Of a stretch of 64,000 nt of DNA, positions 1-11,900 are shown piece by piece. The notes below the pieces were generated by a model that saw only the letters and a list, made by a program, of their open reading frames with translations, was not told the origin of the DNA and did no database searches. The stretch is from Azolla caroliniana (lineage: Eukaryota; Plantae; Polypodiophyta), in assembly GCA_043228905.1 (NCBI GenBank), contig JBHGNT010000012.1, forward strand, positions 6,758,001 to 6,822,000, written 5' to 3'. Positions within the stretch are counted from its first letter, which is position 1. Every line of letters starts with the position of its first letter. The position numbers and the translations under genes are program-made.

Positions 1-769
1 CTCACCGGCTCAATTGCTCACCGGCTCGCCAATCCGTCTCCCTCCTTCCGGATGCCGATCCGGCTCAGGCTTATCCAGCCGATCCAGACCTAGTTGAGCT
101 TGCCGCTCAACACTCCCCCTCAAGCTCAACTTGAGGTCGGATTGTAGTGTCAGTCTCCATGGCACCCGGTCCTTCCACCCGGCTCCTTCGGGCGTCACTC
201 CACCTCGATCGCGCTCCGCGTCCGATCCGGTCCCGTTTGCCATGACCCTTCTGATTTTGCGCACCTCGACCTCCTTGGTCGGTTTGTCTGATCAATAGGC
301 CCAATTCAGATTCCTCGTTGCTATGACTTCAGCTCTTGCCGATTCGCTGATTCCTTCGTGTTGGCGTCGACTTTCTCTGCCTTCTTGTCTTTTTGGCCTT
401 GAATTGATCCGGTTCTTCCGAATCCGTCTGTTGAACCGAATCGGTTGTCTCCGATTCGTTCCAGCTCTTCTCCAAATCGATTGCTCCCGATTCATCTTCC
501 GGTTCCAGGCCCTTCACCACATCGGACCATTTCCAGGTCTTGGCCTTCTTCTTCCAATCGGCTCTGTCCTTCTTCTTCCAATCGGCTCTGTCCTTCTTGA
601 CTATGCCGCCACTGTCGCTTGTTCCGACTTGTTCGGATGTGTCAACTTCCTTTGTCGACTCAGCTCCTTTCTTCTTCTTGTCTCTCCCCTTGTCGGTTCT
701 GCCCTTACCGGCGCAATCAATAGTCTCTTTGCCTTTGCCCGTTCCAGTGTAATCGATAGTCTCTTTGCC

Positions 770-2875
770 TTTGCCCGTTCTCCCCCCTCAAGTGTGGCAC
801 ATTGAGATGTTGAACACCAAGCATTTCAGTGAAGTGTTGCAACTTGTCCGATCCGAGCAGTTTGGTGAAGATGTCGGCAACTTGTCGATCCGTATGAACA
901 TACCGAAGTTCGACTTCACTGCTCAGGACACGCTCCCACACGAAGTGGTAGCGCACTTCTATGTGCTTTGTGTGAGCATGGAATACGGGGTTCTTGGTGA
1001 GCTGCATACTGCTTATGTTATCATAGTAGATCAAGATTGGGGTCGGCACCTCGATCCGCAGGTCCTGCAGCAATCACCGAAGCCAAATGGCTTCATAGGA
1101 GGCAACAGTAGCGCCCCGGTATTCAACCTCAGTGCTCGAAAGGGCCACTGTTGGCTGCTTTTTGCTGCTCCACGCAACAACCACGTTGCCAAGGGAAAAC
1201 ATATAGCCAGAGGTGGATCGGCGATCCGATGCATCGTCAGCCCAGTCGGCATCGGTGTAGCCGACGAGCTCTTCGGTTATACCATGCCGGTATAACAGTC
1301 CCCAGTCCTTCGTGTTGTTCACATATCGCAAAATTCGATGCACGCACAGAAGGTGCTCCACGGTCGGCTTCTGCATATATTGATTGATCACGCCGACAGG
1401 ATAGCTAATATCGGGTCGGGTGATTGTCAAATATATAAGACTTCCGACGATTTGTTGGAACCGTTTCTCATCGCATGCTGGTTCGGAGTCGGGACGGAGC
1501 TTCTAGTTCCGGTCTAGGGGTGTGGAGATCAGTCGGCATTCTGTCATTCCGAACTCGTACAACATACTCAACACATAGTGTCTTTGTGAGAGCAATATGC
1601 CGTCGGGGGTTCGGATCACCTCGATCCCAAGGAAATAGTGAAGGTCCCCCAAGTCCTTCATCTCAAATGCGTCCGACATCTGGGACTTGACTCGGCTTAT
1701 TTCATCGAGTCCGGGTCCGGTGATGACTAGATCATCAACATACAGTAAGATGCAAACCGGACCGTCCGGACCTTGCCAGATGAACAACGAAGAATCAGAC
1801 TTGGAGGCCGCAAACCCCATCTTACGCAACCGGTGCGTGATCTTCGCATTCCACGCTCGTGGGGTTTGCTTTAGGCCATAAAGTGACTTCTTCAGCCGGC
1901 CTACCGTCGACTTGTTCATGTCCGTCTGGAAACCGAGAGGTTGGGTCATAAAGACCTCTTCTTCAAGATCGCCTTGAAGAAATACATTCTTCACGTCCAT
2001 CTGGTGAAGATGTCACTCCCTTGTCGCAGCAACCGCCAGCACCACACGAACCGTCGTCATCTTCGCTACTGGAGTGAAGGTCTCGTCGTAGTCGATTCCG
2101 TGGGTCTGCGTGTATCCTTTCACCACTAACCGGGCCTTGTACCGGTTAACCGATCCGTCGGCATTGTACTTTACTTTGTACACCCACTTACATCCGATTG
2201 GTTTAAAGTGTCGGGGAGGATCAGCTAGGTCCCGTGTGTCGTTGGCATCAAGTGCCCGCATTTCTTCCTCCATAGCGGCACGCCAATTTGCGTCCTTTGC
2301 CGCTTCTGCATAACTCTCCAGGTCACGCACTTCCGCCACCCTGGTCATGTACGCATAGTGATGCGCTATGTACTCATTGTACCCGTAACATGTAACGGGG
2401 TTCTTCAGGTGGGAGGACCGGCGTAACTTGGTATTACCCGGTTTGAGGCCCTTCTTGGCCAAGTCGGACTTCATTCTCAAAGGTCCACCTTCATCTTTTC
2501 TAGAGTCGGATTCGCTTTGACCCGACTCATCATTGCCGGTTTCATATTCCGACATTTTCTTCTTCCCCTTCTCTTTGAGCGTGAATCGTCTCCTCGGTTC
2601 CTTGCGCGGGGAGAGCACGGCAGAGTCTCCATTACTCGTCGGTTCCTCATCCAACTGGTCATCCCGACTCAGCCACTCATTCGGTCCACTTAACTGAAAT
2701 GAGATTGGACTCTCTTCTAGAGTGCCGAGGTCTTCATCTTCTATCTAGACCGGTTCAGGCTCACTAGCCTCATCCTTCGGTATCAGGTCGGGGTCGGAAG
2801 TCGGAATCGGTAAGGCATACCATCATGTCGTCTCATCAAACTCAACATCCCAGCTAACTCGGACCTGCTTTGTCA
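770..2875 (-). pseudogene. Copia pol remnant (integrase C-term, RT, RNase H) with in-frame stops
   Basis: ORFs 2013-2654 ([22 protein letters not shown]), 1503-2000 (LKKSLYGLKQ, LYVDDL), 1074-1430 (YTDADWA, WSSKKQ) and 717-1073 (HTKHIEVRYHF). Confidence 0.92.
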
Positions 2876-3193
2876 AACCAAAACATAAAACAGGATCACC
2901 AAATGAAACTCAGATGACCTGTTTAAACATGATGGCATTAGAAAAAGTACATGTGCAAAAATGATTGTTCTTCATTAAACTCTTGACAAAAAAACGCTTC
3001 AATATTCAACTACAATAAACTAGGTGATAATCCTACTGTGAAACTCCAAGCCACTTAGTAAAAGCTTCAAACTCGGTGTAGTCGTTGTCTGAAATCATGG
3101 TCTTGTACCATGCCTCCCCAGCCTTCTTGATTGCCTCTTTGTCAGCACCTTCAACCTCTACAGTGGATTTCCTCTTCAAATCAAGCTTCTCCT
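2876..3193 (-). pseudogene. RPL4: Second copy of the 60S ribosomal protein L4 C-terminus plus 3' UTR
   Basis: EKLDLKRK...[26 protein letters not shown] is the plant RPL4 C-terminus. Near-identical to 3421-3593. Confidence 0.85.
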
Positions 3194-3420
3194 CACCCAA
3201 TAGTTGGAGCCGGTGAGCTTGAACATGTCGCCAAACGAATCGTCCATTTTCTGTGTCGTTTCGCTCTGATACCACTTGACGGGAACTCAAGGCTCCTTAT
3301 GCGCAACGCTCAGCCACAACCAAGCTTTGAATCATACACAGAAAACGGGAAATAAAACACGACACAGAGAAGAGAAGAGTACACAGGATGTTTACGTGGA
3401 AAACCCAAACTAGGGAAAAA
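3194..3420 (-). mobile_element. Copia fragment: LTR U5 end (3277-3420), tRNA-Met PBS (3263-3274) and gag start [17 protein letters not shown]
   Basis: 3277-3420 is nearly identical to the LTR end at 3822-3965. TGGTATCAGAGC lies 2 nt after the LTR CA end. Confidence 0.85.
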
Positions 3421-4671
3421 CTAGGTGATAATCCTACTGTGAAACTCCAAGCCACTTAGTAAAAGCTTCAAACTCGGTGTAGTCACTGTCTGAAATCATG
3501 GTCTTGTACCATGCCTCCCCAGTCTTCTTGATTGCCTCTTTGTCAGCACCTTCAACCTCTATAGTGGATTTCCTCTTCAAATCAAGCTTCTCCTTCTTTT
3601 CCTTGACGCGCTGAGCCCGTGCAAGAAGCTCCATCCTCCTTGCAGTCTTGGCATACGGATTGAGCTTAATGAGAGCACCAAGGTTCTTGATGGGATTCTT
3701 CTTCAGCAAGTGTCTCTTCACATCTTTCTTGGTAGGACGCACAACAGACTAGATCTCATCAAAATTGATGATTTTGGAGAGATTGGAGTTAGCTAGAAGA
3801 GATCGGGGCAGGGTATAGTTCTGACGGGAACTCAAGGCTCCTTATGCGCAACGCTCGGCCACAACCGAGCTTTGAATCATACACAGAAAACGGGAAATAA
3901 AACACGACACAGAGAAGAGAAGAGTACACAGGATGTTTACGTGGAAAACCCAAACTAGGGAAAAACCACGGCAGCCCACAGGCTGCAAACTGTCACTATG
4001 CTAGAATATACAACAGTGAGTTCACGGAGGCAATGACCTCGTGCTCACGATCTTCGCCACAGGCGGCGGTTACAACAGAGGCAAAGACCTCTTCCTCTCT
4101 CTCTCTCTATCTCTGTCTCTGTACACAATTACACGCTCTGATCTCGCGCAGACAAGGATTAACAACAACAATTCCTAAAAGTTTGACCTAAGTCATATTT
4201 ATACTAATATGACTTTTCGGCTATTTACAAATATAGCCTCGATGGACTCTCAGAAACATATTTACGAATATGTCTCTTCATCCGGTGAGCATTCCTCACC
4301 GGGTCTACACCATCCGGCTCTCCATAGCCGGGTACTCCTCATCCGGTCCTCACCGGGCCTGCACCATCCGGTCCTCCGTAGCCAGGTACTCCTCATCCGG
4401 TTCTCACCGGGCCTGCACCATCCGGTCCTCCGTAGCCGGGTACTCCTCATCCGGTCTTCACCGGGTCTGTACCATCCGGCTCTCCGTAGCCGGGCACTCG
4501 TCATCCGGTTTCCCATCCGGAGGGATCTGTCTCCCAACAAACTCCCCCTTCACTTCAGACTTGCAGTCCTCAGTGCCAAAGATGGAATCAAGCTTCTTGA
4601 AGGCAGATTTAGTCAAGACAATGAATCGGTCATGATGACCTCCAGGGGTGAGTTGGAGGAGATTGAGACGA
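3421..4671 (-). pseudogene. RPL4: RPL4 pseudogene fragment (3' part of CDS), split by a copia LTR at 3822-4556
   Basis: 4557-4671 encodes RLNLLQLTPGGHHDRFIVLTKSAFKKLDSIFGT and continues at 3821 with NYTLPRS..., then [19 protein letters not shown]...KWLGVSQ*. One internal stop near 3750. Confidence 0.88.
3822..4556 (-). mobile_element. Single copia LTR (3822-4539) with attached PPT, related to the LTRs of the 8999-14427 element; contains ~4 copies of a 54-bp U3 repeat
   Basis: TGTTGGGA...CCCGTCA ends. GAAGTGAAGGGGGAGTT-TGTTGGGA is identical to the PPT/LTR junction near 13760-13784. Tandem units at ~4280-4510. Confidence 0.88.
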
Positions 4672-5085
4672 GCGGAAGCAAGTAGAAAACCGAACACAGA
4701 AACACAAGTTTAATGGAAAGCTTTACAGTACGCAGGAGAGACAGAGAAAGAGCAAAACAAGTTAAATCTATTACAAAGGAATAATAGTTCTCTATACATA
4801 AGACATGCTCAACAGCACTATTTATACAAGTCCTAAGAGGACTGACAAAAGTACTGTGTACTTCAATGCTCATACGAGCGTCTTACACTAACTACGAGAC
4901 TATTAACTACCTAGTAGTCTAGGCTACTACTAGGCTTCCAGTTACTGTTTGATCTAGCTAACCGGCTCCCCAGCTCACTGGCTCAATTGCTCACCGACTC
5001 GCCGATCCGTCTCCATCCTTCCGGATGTCGATCCGGCTCAGGCTTATCCAGCCGATCCAGACCTAGTTGAGCTTGTCGCCCAACA

Positions 5086-7477
5086 CATTTTAATCTACTC
5101 GAAGACCCAAGAGGAGCATGATGAACATGTTCGTTGGGTACTACGTCAACTCCGAGAATATGGTCTCTATGCAAAATTAGAAAAGTGTAGTTTCGACCAG
5201 AATCAAGTGGAATTTTTGGGGTATGGTGTATCATCAGATGGTATTGCTATGGACCCCATGAAGGTGCAAGCAATTTTAGAGTGGCAGACACCCCTTTCAG
5301 TGCGCAATGTGCAATGTTTTCTCGGGTTTGCAAATTTTTATCAAAAATTTATTAAAGATTATTCCAAGGTCGTGCTTCCACTCACTCAACTCACACAAAA
5401 AAATCAGCCATTTATATGGAGTTCTGATGCATCCAAGCCATTCGAAAGCTTAAAACGAGCGTTTGCAACGGCACCTATCTTAGCACATGTCAACCCAACA
5501 AAACGCTTCATCCTTGAAGCCGATGCATCCGATTTTGCACTACGGAATGTCCTATCGCAAACTAGAGATGATGGACATCTATACCCTATCGCCTTCCATT
5601 CCCAAAAGTTTGAAGCTGCAAAGATCAACTACGAGATCCATGACAAGGAACTTCTTGCAATTGTCTATTCTTCTCAACAATGGCGACATTTTCTAGAAGG
5701 TTCTTCTCAGTTGATTATTGTTTACAACGATCATAAGAACCTGACATATTTCCAAAATGCTCAAGTCTTGAGTCAACGACAACCCCAGTGGGCGCAATTT
5801 TTGACTCACTTTGACTTTGTCATCATATATCGCCCTGGGATGCAGCAAGGCAAAGCAAATGCTCTTTCTCGGCACTCTTATATGGAACTTCGTCAAGGGG
5901 AACCTGCATTCAAGCATCAAAAACAAATCCTTTTGGGTCCTAATCACTCACGATTAATGGTAGTTAATGCCATAACAACTTTTGAAGATTCCACACTTCT
6001 TGATACAATTCAAGATCATATGGCCCCTAATGAATTCGCCAAGGATGTTTTAGATCATATCATCCCCGATCGTGCTTCTTGCTCACAATCAAAAAACCCT
6101 CGTAATGACTATCATCAGTTCTATTGGCATGGTGGTTTTTTGTTTCGACAAAACCTATTGTATGTTCCTGATGGTCCCCCACGACTACAAGTTTTACAAC
6201 ATTGCCATGACTCACCAATGGCCGGTCATTTTGGAGTTCGCAAAACTCTAGAATTAATTTCTCGACACTATTGGTGGCCTCGCCTTCGTCATTTTGTTGA
6301 GGAGTATGTTCGCAACTGTGATACATGTTGTCGATCAAAGAGTTCTCGACATTGATCCTATGGCTTACTACAACCACTTCCCATTCCGGAAATCCTTGGA
6401 AGCTATATCCTTGGATTTCATTACCGATCTCCCAGTTTAAAAAGGTTTTGATGCAATTGTCACAGTGGTTGATCGATTTACCAAAATGGCATATTTTTTG
6501 CCATGTACGAAGTCTATTACCAGTCAAGAGGTGGTCGATCTCATTATGTGGGAGGTATTTAGGCATCATGGTCTTCCGAATGATATTATTAGTGATCATG
6601 GTCCACAATTCATCTCAAAATTTTGGAAGCACATGTTCAAACTTCTCTGCATTTCGGTTAAGCTTTCTTCGAGCTATCATCCTTAGGCGAATGGCCAAAC
6701 TAAGAGTACCAACTAGACTTTGGAGCAATATCTTCGTTGTTTCATCAACTACCAAAAAGATGATTGGGTTGATTTTTTGCACTTGTCTAAATTCGCTTAC
6801 AACAACTCAGCCCAATCTTCTACATGATATTCTCCATTTTTCGCAAATAGGGGTTGTCATCCTCGGTGGACGATGAATGCGCATCTAGACGTTCCTACCA
6901 ACCCTTTTGCTGAGGATCATCTTAGTCGCCACCAAGAAATTCACGTCACCATTCTCCACAATTTGCATGATGCTCAAGTTACACACAAGAGGCTTGGGGA
7001 TCGTCATCGCCTAGACTCCTCCAAAATGTTCCACATTGGGGATCATGTATGGCTTCTCCAATACAACATCAAGACCACTCAGCCTTGCAGTAAATTGGAT
7101 TACCAATGTTTTGGCCCTTATATGATCACTGTTAAGATAAGTGATGTTGCATTTCGTCTTGGCCTCCTCCGGTGTTTCATGTATCCCTTTTGGAACCTTA
7201 TATTACAAGTTCAATTCCGGGCCGTCTTACGACACCCCCACCACCTATTGAGTTCTTGGACGGACCCGAATTTGAGGTTGTTGCCATTATCAATTCTAAA
7301 ATCATGGCCAACAAGTTGTATTACTTGATCGATTAGTTAGGCTATACCCCCAATGATCGAACTTGGGAACCTGTTGCGGACATGGTCACTGCATTTCATC
7401 GCCAATATCCTCATAAACCAGGTCCTAGTACAAACCCTACGACCCGTGAGATGTGTCGTCGAAAAAGGGGGATAAAG
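5086..7477 (+). pseudogene. Ty3/gypsy chromovirus pol remnant (RT end, RNase H, integrase, chromodomain), Tcn1/Tf1-like
   Basis: FLGFANFY, ADASDFA, NYEIHDKELLAIV, zinc finger HDSPMAGHFG...CDTC, VDRFTKMA, and a chromodomain-like EFEVVAII...YYLID*LGY..RTWEP at ~7268-7378. PPT-like AAAAGGGGGA at ~7462. Confidence 0.88.
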
Positions 7478-7907
7478 TGCCATCATGACACTCACATCAT
7501 GCCTCGAAAGGATTTGAACCCACGATCTTGTTATACGCATGTCAAATCTTTAACCATTGTATTAATATTCTTATATGTATAGTTTTTAAAATATATAATC
7601 TAATATCATATGAATATTCTATATTACTCTACATTCTAGAATGACCTAGAATATTCTAGATTGTTCAATACACTAGAACCTTCTAGAATACTCTAGAAAC
7701 CTTCTAGATTACTCTACATTCTAGGATGACCTAGAATATTCCAGATTTTTCTATATTACTTATAAATAGGGATCTCTCAGTCATCCCAAAACTAAATTGG
7801 TTCAACACCATGCTATAGCACTCTGTTGCCTACTCCTCGTAATCCGTTTTACTCTACAATATAATATTTCCCTTACAATTCTCTCTCTTTCTTTGTCTTA
7901 GCACTAT

Positions 7908-7980
<73 letters not shown>

Positions 7981-8006
7981 TGTCTTTACACTCAGTATCT
8001 TCACCA
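7478..8006 (+). mobile_element. Gypsy 3' LTR (boundaries approximate)
   Basis: Follows the PPT. Repeated TCTAGAA motifs, TATAAATA at 7761 and (CT)n(GT)n. Similar to the LTR piece at 8681-8982. Confidence 0.6.
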
Positions 8007-8680
8007 AATCGGCTTCTGAGTGTCAAAATCGGACAACTCCTTATACATCTAAAACGAGTCGAACAACCTAATTGTCATCATCCTATACGTGGATGATCTG
8101 GTCATCGTAGGAAAGGATCTCATCGAGATCAATAAGGTCAAATCACTCCTATCAGGTAGATTCGAAATGAAAGATATGCACGACCTCCATTACTTCCTCG
8201 GTATCGAAGTAATTCGGACACCAATCGGGATATTGATCTCTCAACAATACTACATTCTCAACTTACTCTACAAGTTCGGAATGAAAGAGTGCAAACCTGT
8301 GTCAACCCCCCCCCCCCCCCCCCCCCTCAAACTTGATGTCGATTCAGGAACAGAAGAGTGTGAGCTGACTCAGTATCATCAACTGATCTATAGCCTCATC
8401 TACCTAACCATCACACAACCCGACCTCAGCTATTCGGTCGACCAATTTAGCCAATTCATGCAGACTCCTCAAAATGTTCACCTCAATTGTGCTAGGAGGG
8501 TACTTAGGTATGTCCATGGGACGATGAATTTCGACATCCTATACAAGTCGGATATGATCATTCGGCTCGAAGGGTACATGGAGTAAACTGGGCCGGCTAT
8601 AAGGCCGATAGATGATCAACTTCCGGATTCATTTAATCCCTCGGCAGTGGATCGATCTCTTGGAGTAGCAAGAAACAACC
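8007..8680 (+). pseudogene. Copia RT/RNase H fragment
   Basis: LYVDDLVI, FEMKDMHDLHYFLGIEV, IYLTITQPDL, WSSKKQP with stops. Confidence 0.85.
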
Positions 8681-8948
8681 GAGAGTCCTTACCATTGGAC
8701 TATATATTGTAATACAAAGATATTATTTTCATTTATTATTTCACTATAGAAAATTGATGTATATTTCCAGATTTCTTTGGAACATTCTAGAAATTTCAGG
8801 AGTACTCTTAAAAACACTATAAAAGGAGGCACAAGTCATTATTTCGAACCAAATCGGTTCAACGCCAGCCTTAAGCCTCATAGCTATTCTTGTACTTACT
8901 CTTCATATAATATAATATATCTTTTGTTATCATCATTCTCTCTCTTGA

Positions 8949-8982
<34 letters not shown>

Positions 8983-8998
8983 TGAAAAACAAGGTTAA

Positions 8999-11900
8999 TG
9001 TTGGGATTTGGGTCCCTCCGGATGGGATGTCCGGAGATGAATGTCGGCAAGCCCGGTTGCGGTTACGGAACCGGAGGATGAAGAGTACCCGGCTACGGAT
9101 CTGGATGATGAAGACCCCGGCTACGGAGCCGGATGACGAATGTACCCGGAGAGAGATCCGGATGCGGGGACATATTTGTGAATATGTTTGCCAAGGGCCC
9201 TTGAGGCTATATTTGTAAATAGCCCGAAAGTCATATGTGTATAAATATGACTTAGGGCAAACAGTTTTGTTGTTGTTACTCATTTTTCTGGTTTTCCACT
9301 TAGAGGGAGCTAAGTGAGCAGCCGAGAGAGAGAGAGAGAGAGAGAGAGACGAAGAGGTCGTTGCCTCTGTGTATTACCGCCGCCTGTGGCGAAGACAGTG
9401 AGCTCAAGGTTGTTGCCTTGTAGCTTCACCATTGTACATCTCTGTTTATAGTGATAGTTGGAGTTTGAGGACTCCCGTGGTTTTTCCCATTTAGGGTTTT
9501 CCACGTAAAACATCCGGTGTACTCTCCTCTCTATTGTCTTCGTGCATTTTGTATTTCCTGTTTTCTGTGAGTTAATCCTATTCCTCGGTTGTGGCCGAGC
9601 ACTGTGTTCAACAAAGTGGTATCAGAGCGACGGTAACACAGAAAATGGAACGCGGCTGTAGTGGGCCTCCGGGCATGATGGTGTTGAACTCACAAAACTA
9701 CGCCGACTGGAAGATAAAGATGGAAGACCTTCTCATCGTCCGAGACCTGTATGAACCGATCGACAATGCCGAGATACCCAAGGGGGTAATAGAGTCGGAG
9801 TGGAAGCTCCTGAACCGGAAAGCCGTAGCGACGATCCGGCAATATGTCGATGTAAGTGTTCTGCAACATGTGGCGAACGATACGAACGCCTATGAGATGT
9901 GGCAGAAGCTGTCCGGACTGTATGAGAGGAAGAATGCTCTGACCCGGACCTCCCTGATGAGGAAGATAGTGAATCTTAAGTACCGGGACGGCGAGAGCAT
10001 GGTCGAACACGTCAGCACGTTCATGGGATTCGTGAACCAGCTTGCGGCGATCAAGTTCCCGTTGGATGACGCAATGCAAGCCATCATGCTGATGTGTACC
10101 CTCCCGGAGAGCTGGGAGAACTTGGTAGTTACTCTCAGCACCTCCTGTAAGGAAGAGAACTTGTCTTTACTAACGGTAAAGACAAGTATTCTAAATGAAG
10201 AAGCGCGTCGGAGAGATAAAGAACCGGCCTCCGACTCGAAGGCGCTGCTTACCGAATCGGAACGGGGAAGACAACGGAACCGGAGTCCGCAAAGACGGGA
10301 GAAGTCGGGGACACGGTCGCAGTCGAGGGGAAGACCTACATGCTTCTACTGTGGGAAGCCGGGGCACTTCCAGAAGAACTGTCGGCATTTCCGGAAAGAC
10401 AACGGAACCGACGGTACCGATTCGAAGAAGTCACCGGAGCGAAACGGTGCATACCGGGGAGCCACGGACCGGAGAGGTCCGGGTCGGCGAGGACAGGACC
10501 GGAAAGGAACAACGGCACTCGCGGCAAGTGAAGAAGAGATAATGCTCATTACCGAAGAGAGGGAGCTGAACCTTGCCGGTGAACAGATGACCTGGGTGGT
10601 CGATTCCGGAGCATCGTTCCACCTGACCCCGGAGAAGAAATACTTCTCATCCTACACAGCCGGTGAACACGGCTGTGTCCGGATGGGAAATGAAGGTACA
10701 TGCCGGATTGCCGGCATAGGAGACGTGTGGCTGATGACATCAACCGGATGCAAGATGCTGCTGAAGGATGTCCGACACGTTCCGGAGGTTCGATTGAACC
10801 TGATTTCGGCCGGGAGGCTAGACGATGAAGGCTACACGGGTAGCATCTGGAACGGTGTCATGAAGTTCAGCAAAGGGAGCCTGATAGTGGTTCGGGCCCG
10901 GAAGGTCAACACACTGTACCTGATGAATTCCTGGCTATGTCCGGAGGAGCTGAACGTGGCAGCTGACACTGCCGGTGAGCTATGGCACAAGAGACTATGC
11001 CACATGAGCGAGAAGGGGATGAAGAGGCTTGCCGAAGACAACCTGATACCGGTAAAGCACGTACACTTGGGGAAGTGTACCGACTGTCTGGCCGGTAAGC
11101 AAAACCGGACCTCCTTCCGCTCAAGACCACCGACGAGACGTAGCGCACCATTGGAGTTGGTGCACACTGACGTGTGTCAAGTAGAAACGAAGTCACATGG
11201 CGGAGCCCAGTACTTCGTGACATTCATTGATGACCACAGCCGGAAGCTGTGGACGGCACCGTTGAAGACAAAGGACCAAGTGTTGTGCGTCTTCAAAGAA
11301 CTCCACGCAAGAGTGGAAAGGGAATCCGGCAAGAAGCTGAAAGCACTACGAGCGGATAACGGAGGAGAATACCGAGGGCAATTTGAGGAGTATTGTCGTT
11401 CGATGGGAATCCGGCTCGAGTTTACTGTGCCGAAGACGCCGGAACTGAACGGGCTGGCCGAGAGGATGAACCGGACCATAATGGAGAGGGTCCGGAGTAT
11501 GCTAGCACATGCGAAATTACCCAAGGGATTTTGGGCTGAGGCAATGTCGACGGCGACATATGTGATAAATAGATCACCCTCAGTACCCCTGGATGGAGAC
11601 ACGCCATAGAGAGTGTGGACCGGTAAGGAAGTGTCCTACCGGCATCTGAAGGTGTTCGGGTGTCTCGCATACGTGCATGTGGCAAAGGACCGGAGAGGAA
11701 AGTTAGATCCAAAGACCCGGCCATGCATATTCCTCAGTTACGGCGACGACGAGTTCGGCTACCGAGTATGGGACCCGGTCGACAAGAAGATATTCAGGAG
11801 TCGAGATATCATCTTCATGGAGGACAAGACACTCGCCGACTGGGAGTCGGAGAAGAAGATGAAGAGCTCCAAGTCGACCAGTGAGAATCAACTCTACGAG

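Larger units (their letters stand above)
1..5085 (-). mobile_element. Degenerate Ty1/copia element (family A): truncated 5' LTR 4672-5085, 3' LTR 112 to window edge; gag-PR-IN region replaced by an RPL4/copia mosaic
   Basis: Matching LTR starts on the - strand (TGTTGGGCGACAAGCTCAAC at 5085, TGTTGAGCGGCAAGCTCAAC at 112). PPT TTGAGGGGGAG at 113-123. Broken RT/RNase H ORFs between the LTRs. Confidence 0.85.

Noticed and set aside
4280-4510. CRISPR-like regular repeats
   Set aside because: Contiguous 54-bp tandem units in an LTR U3, with no unique spacers and a eukaryotic context.
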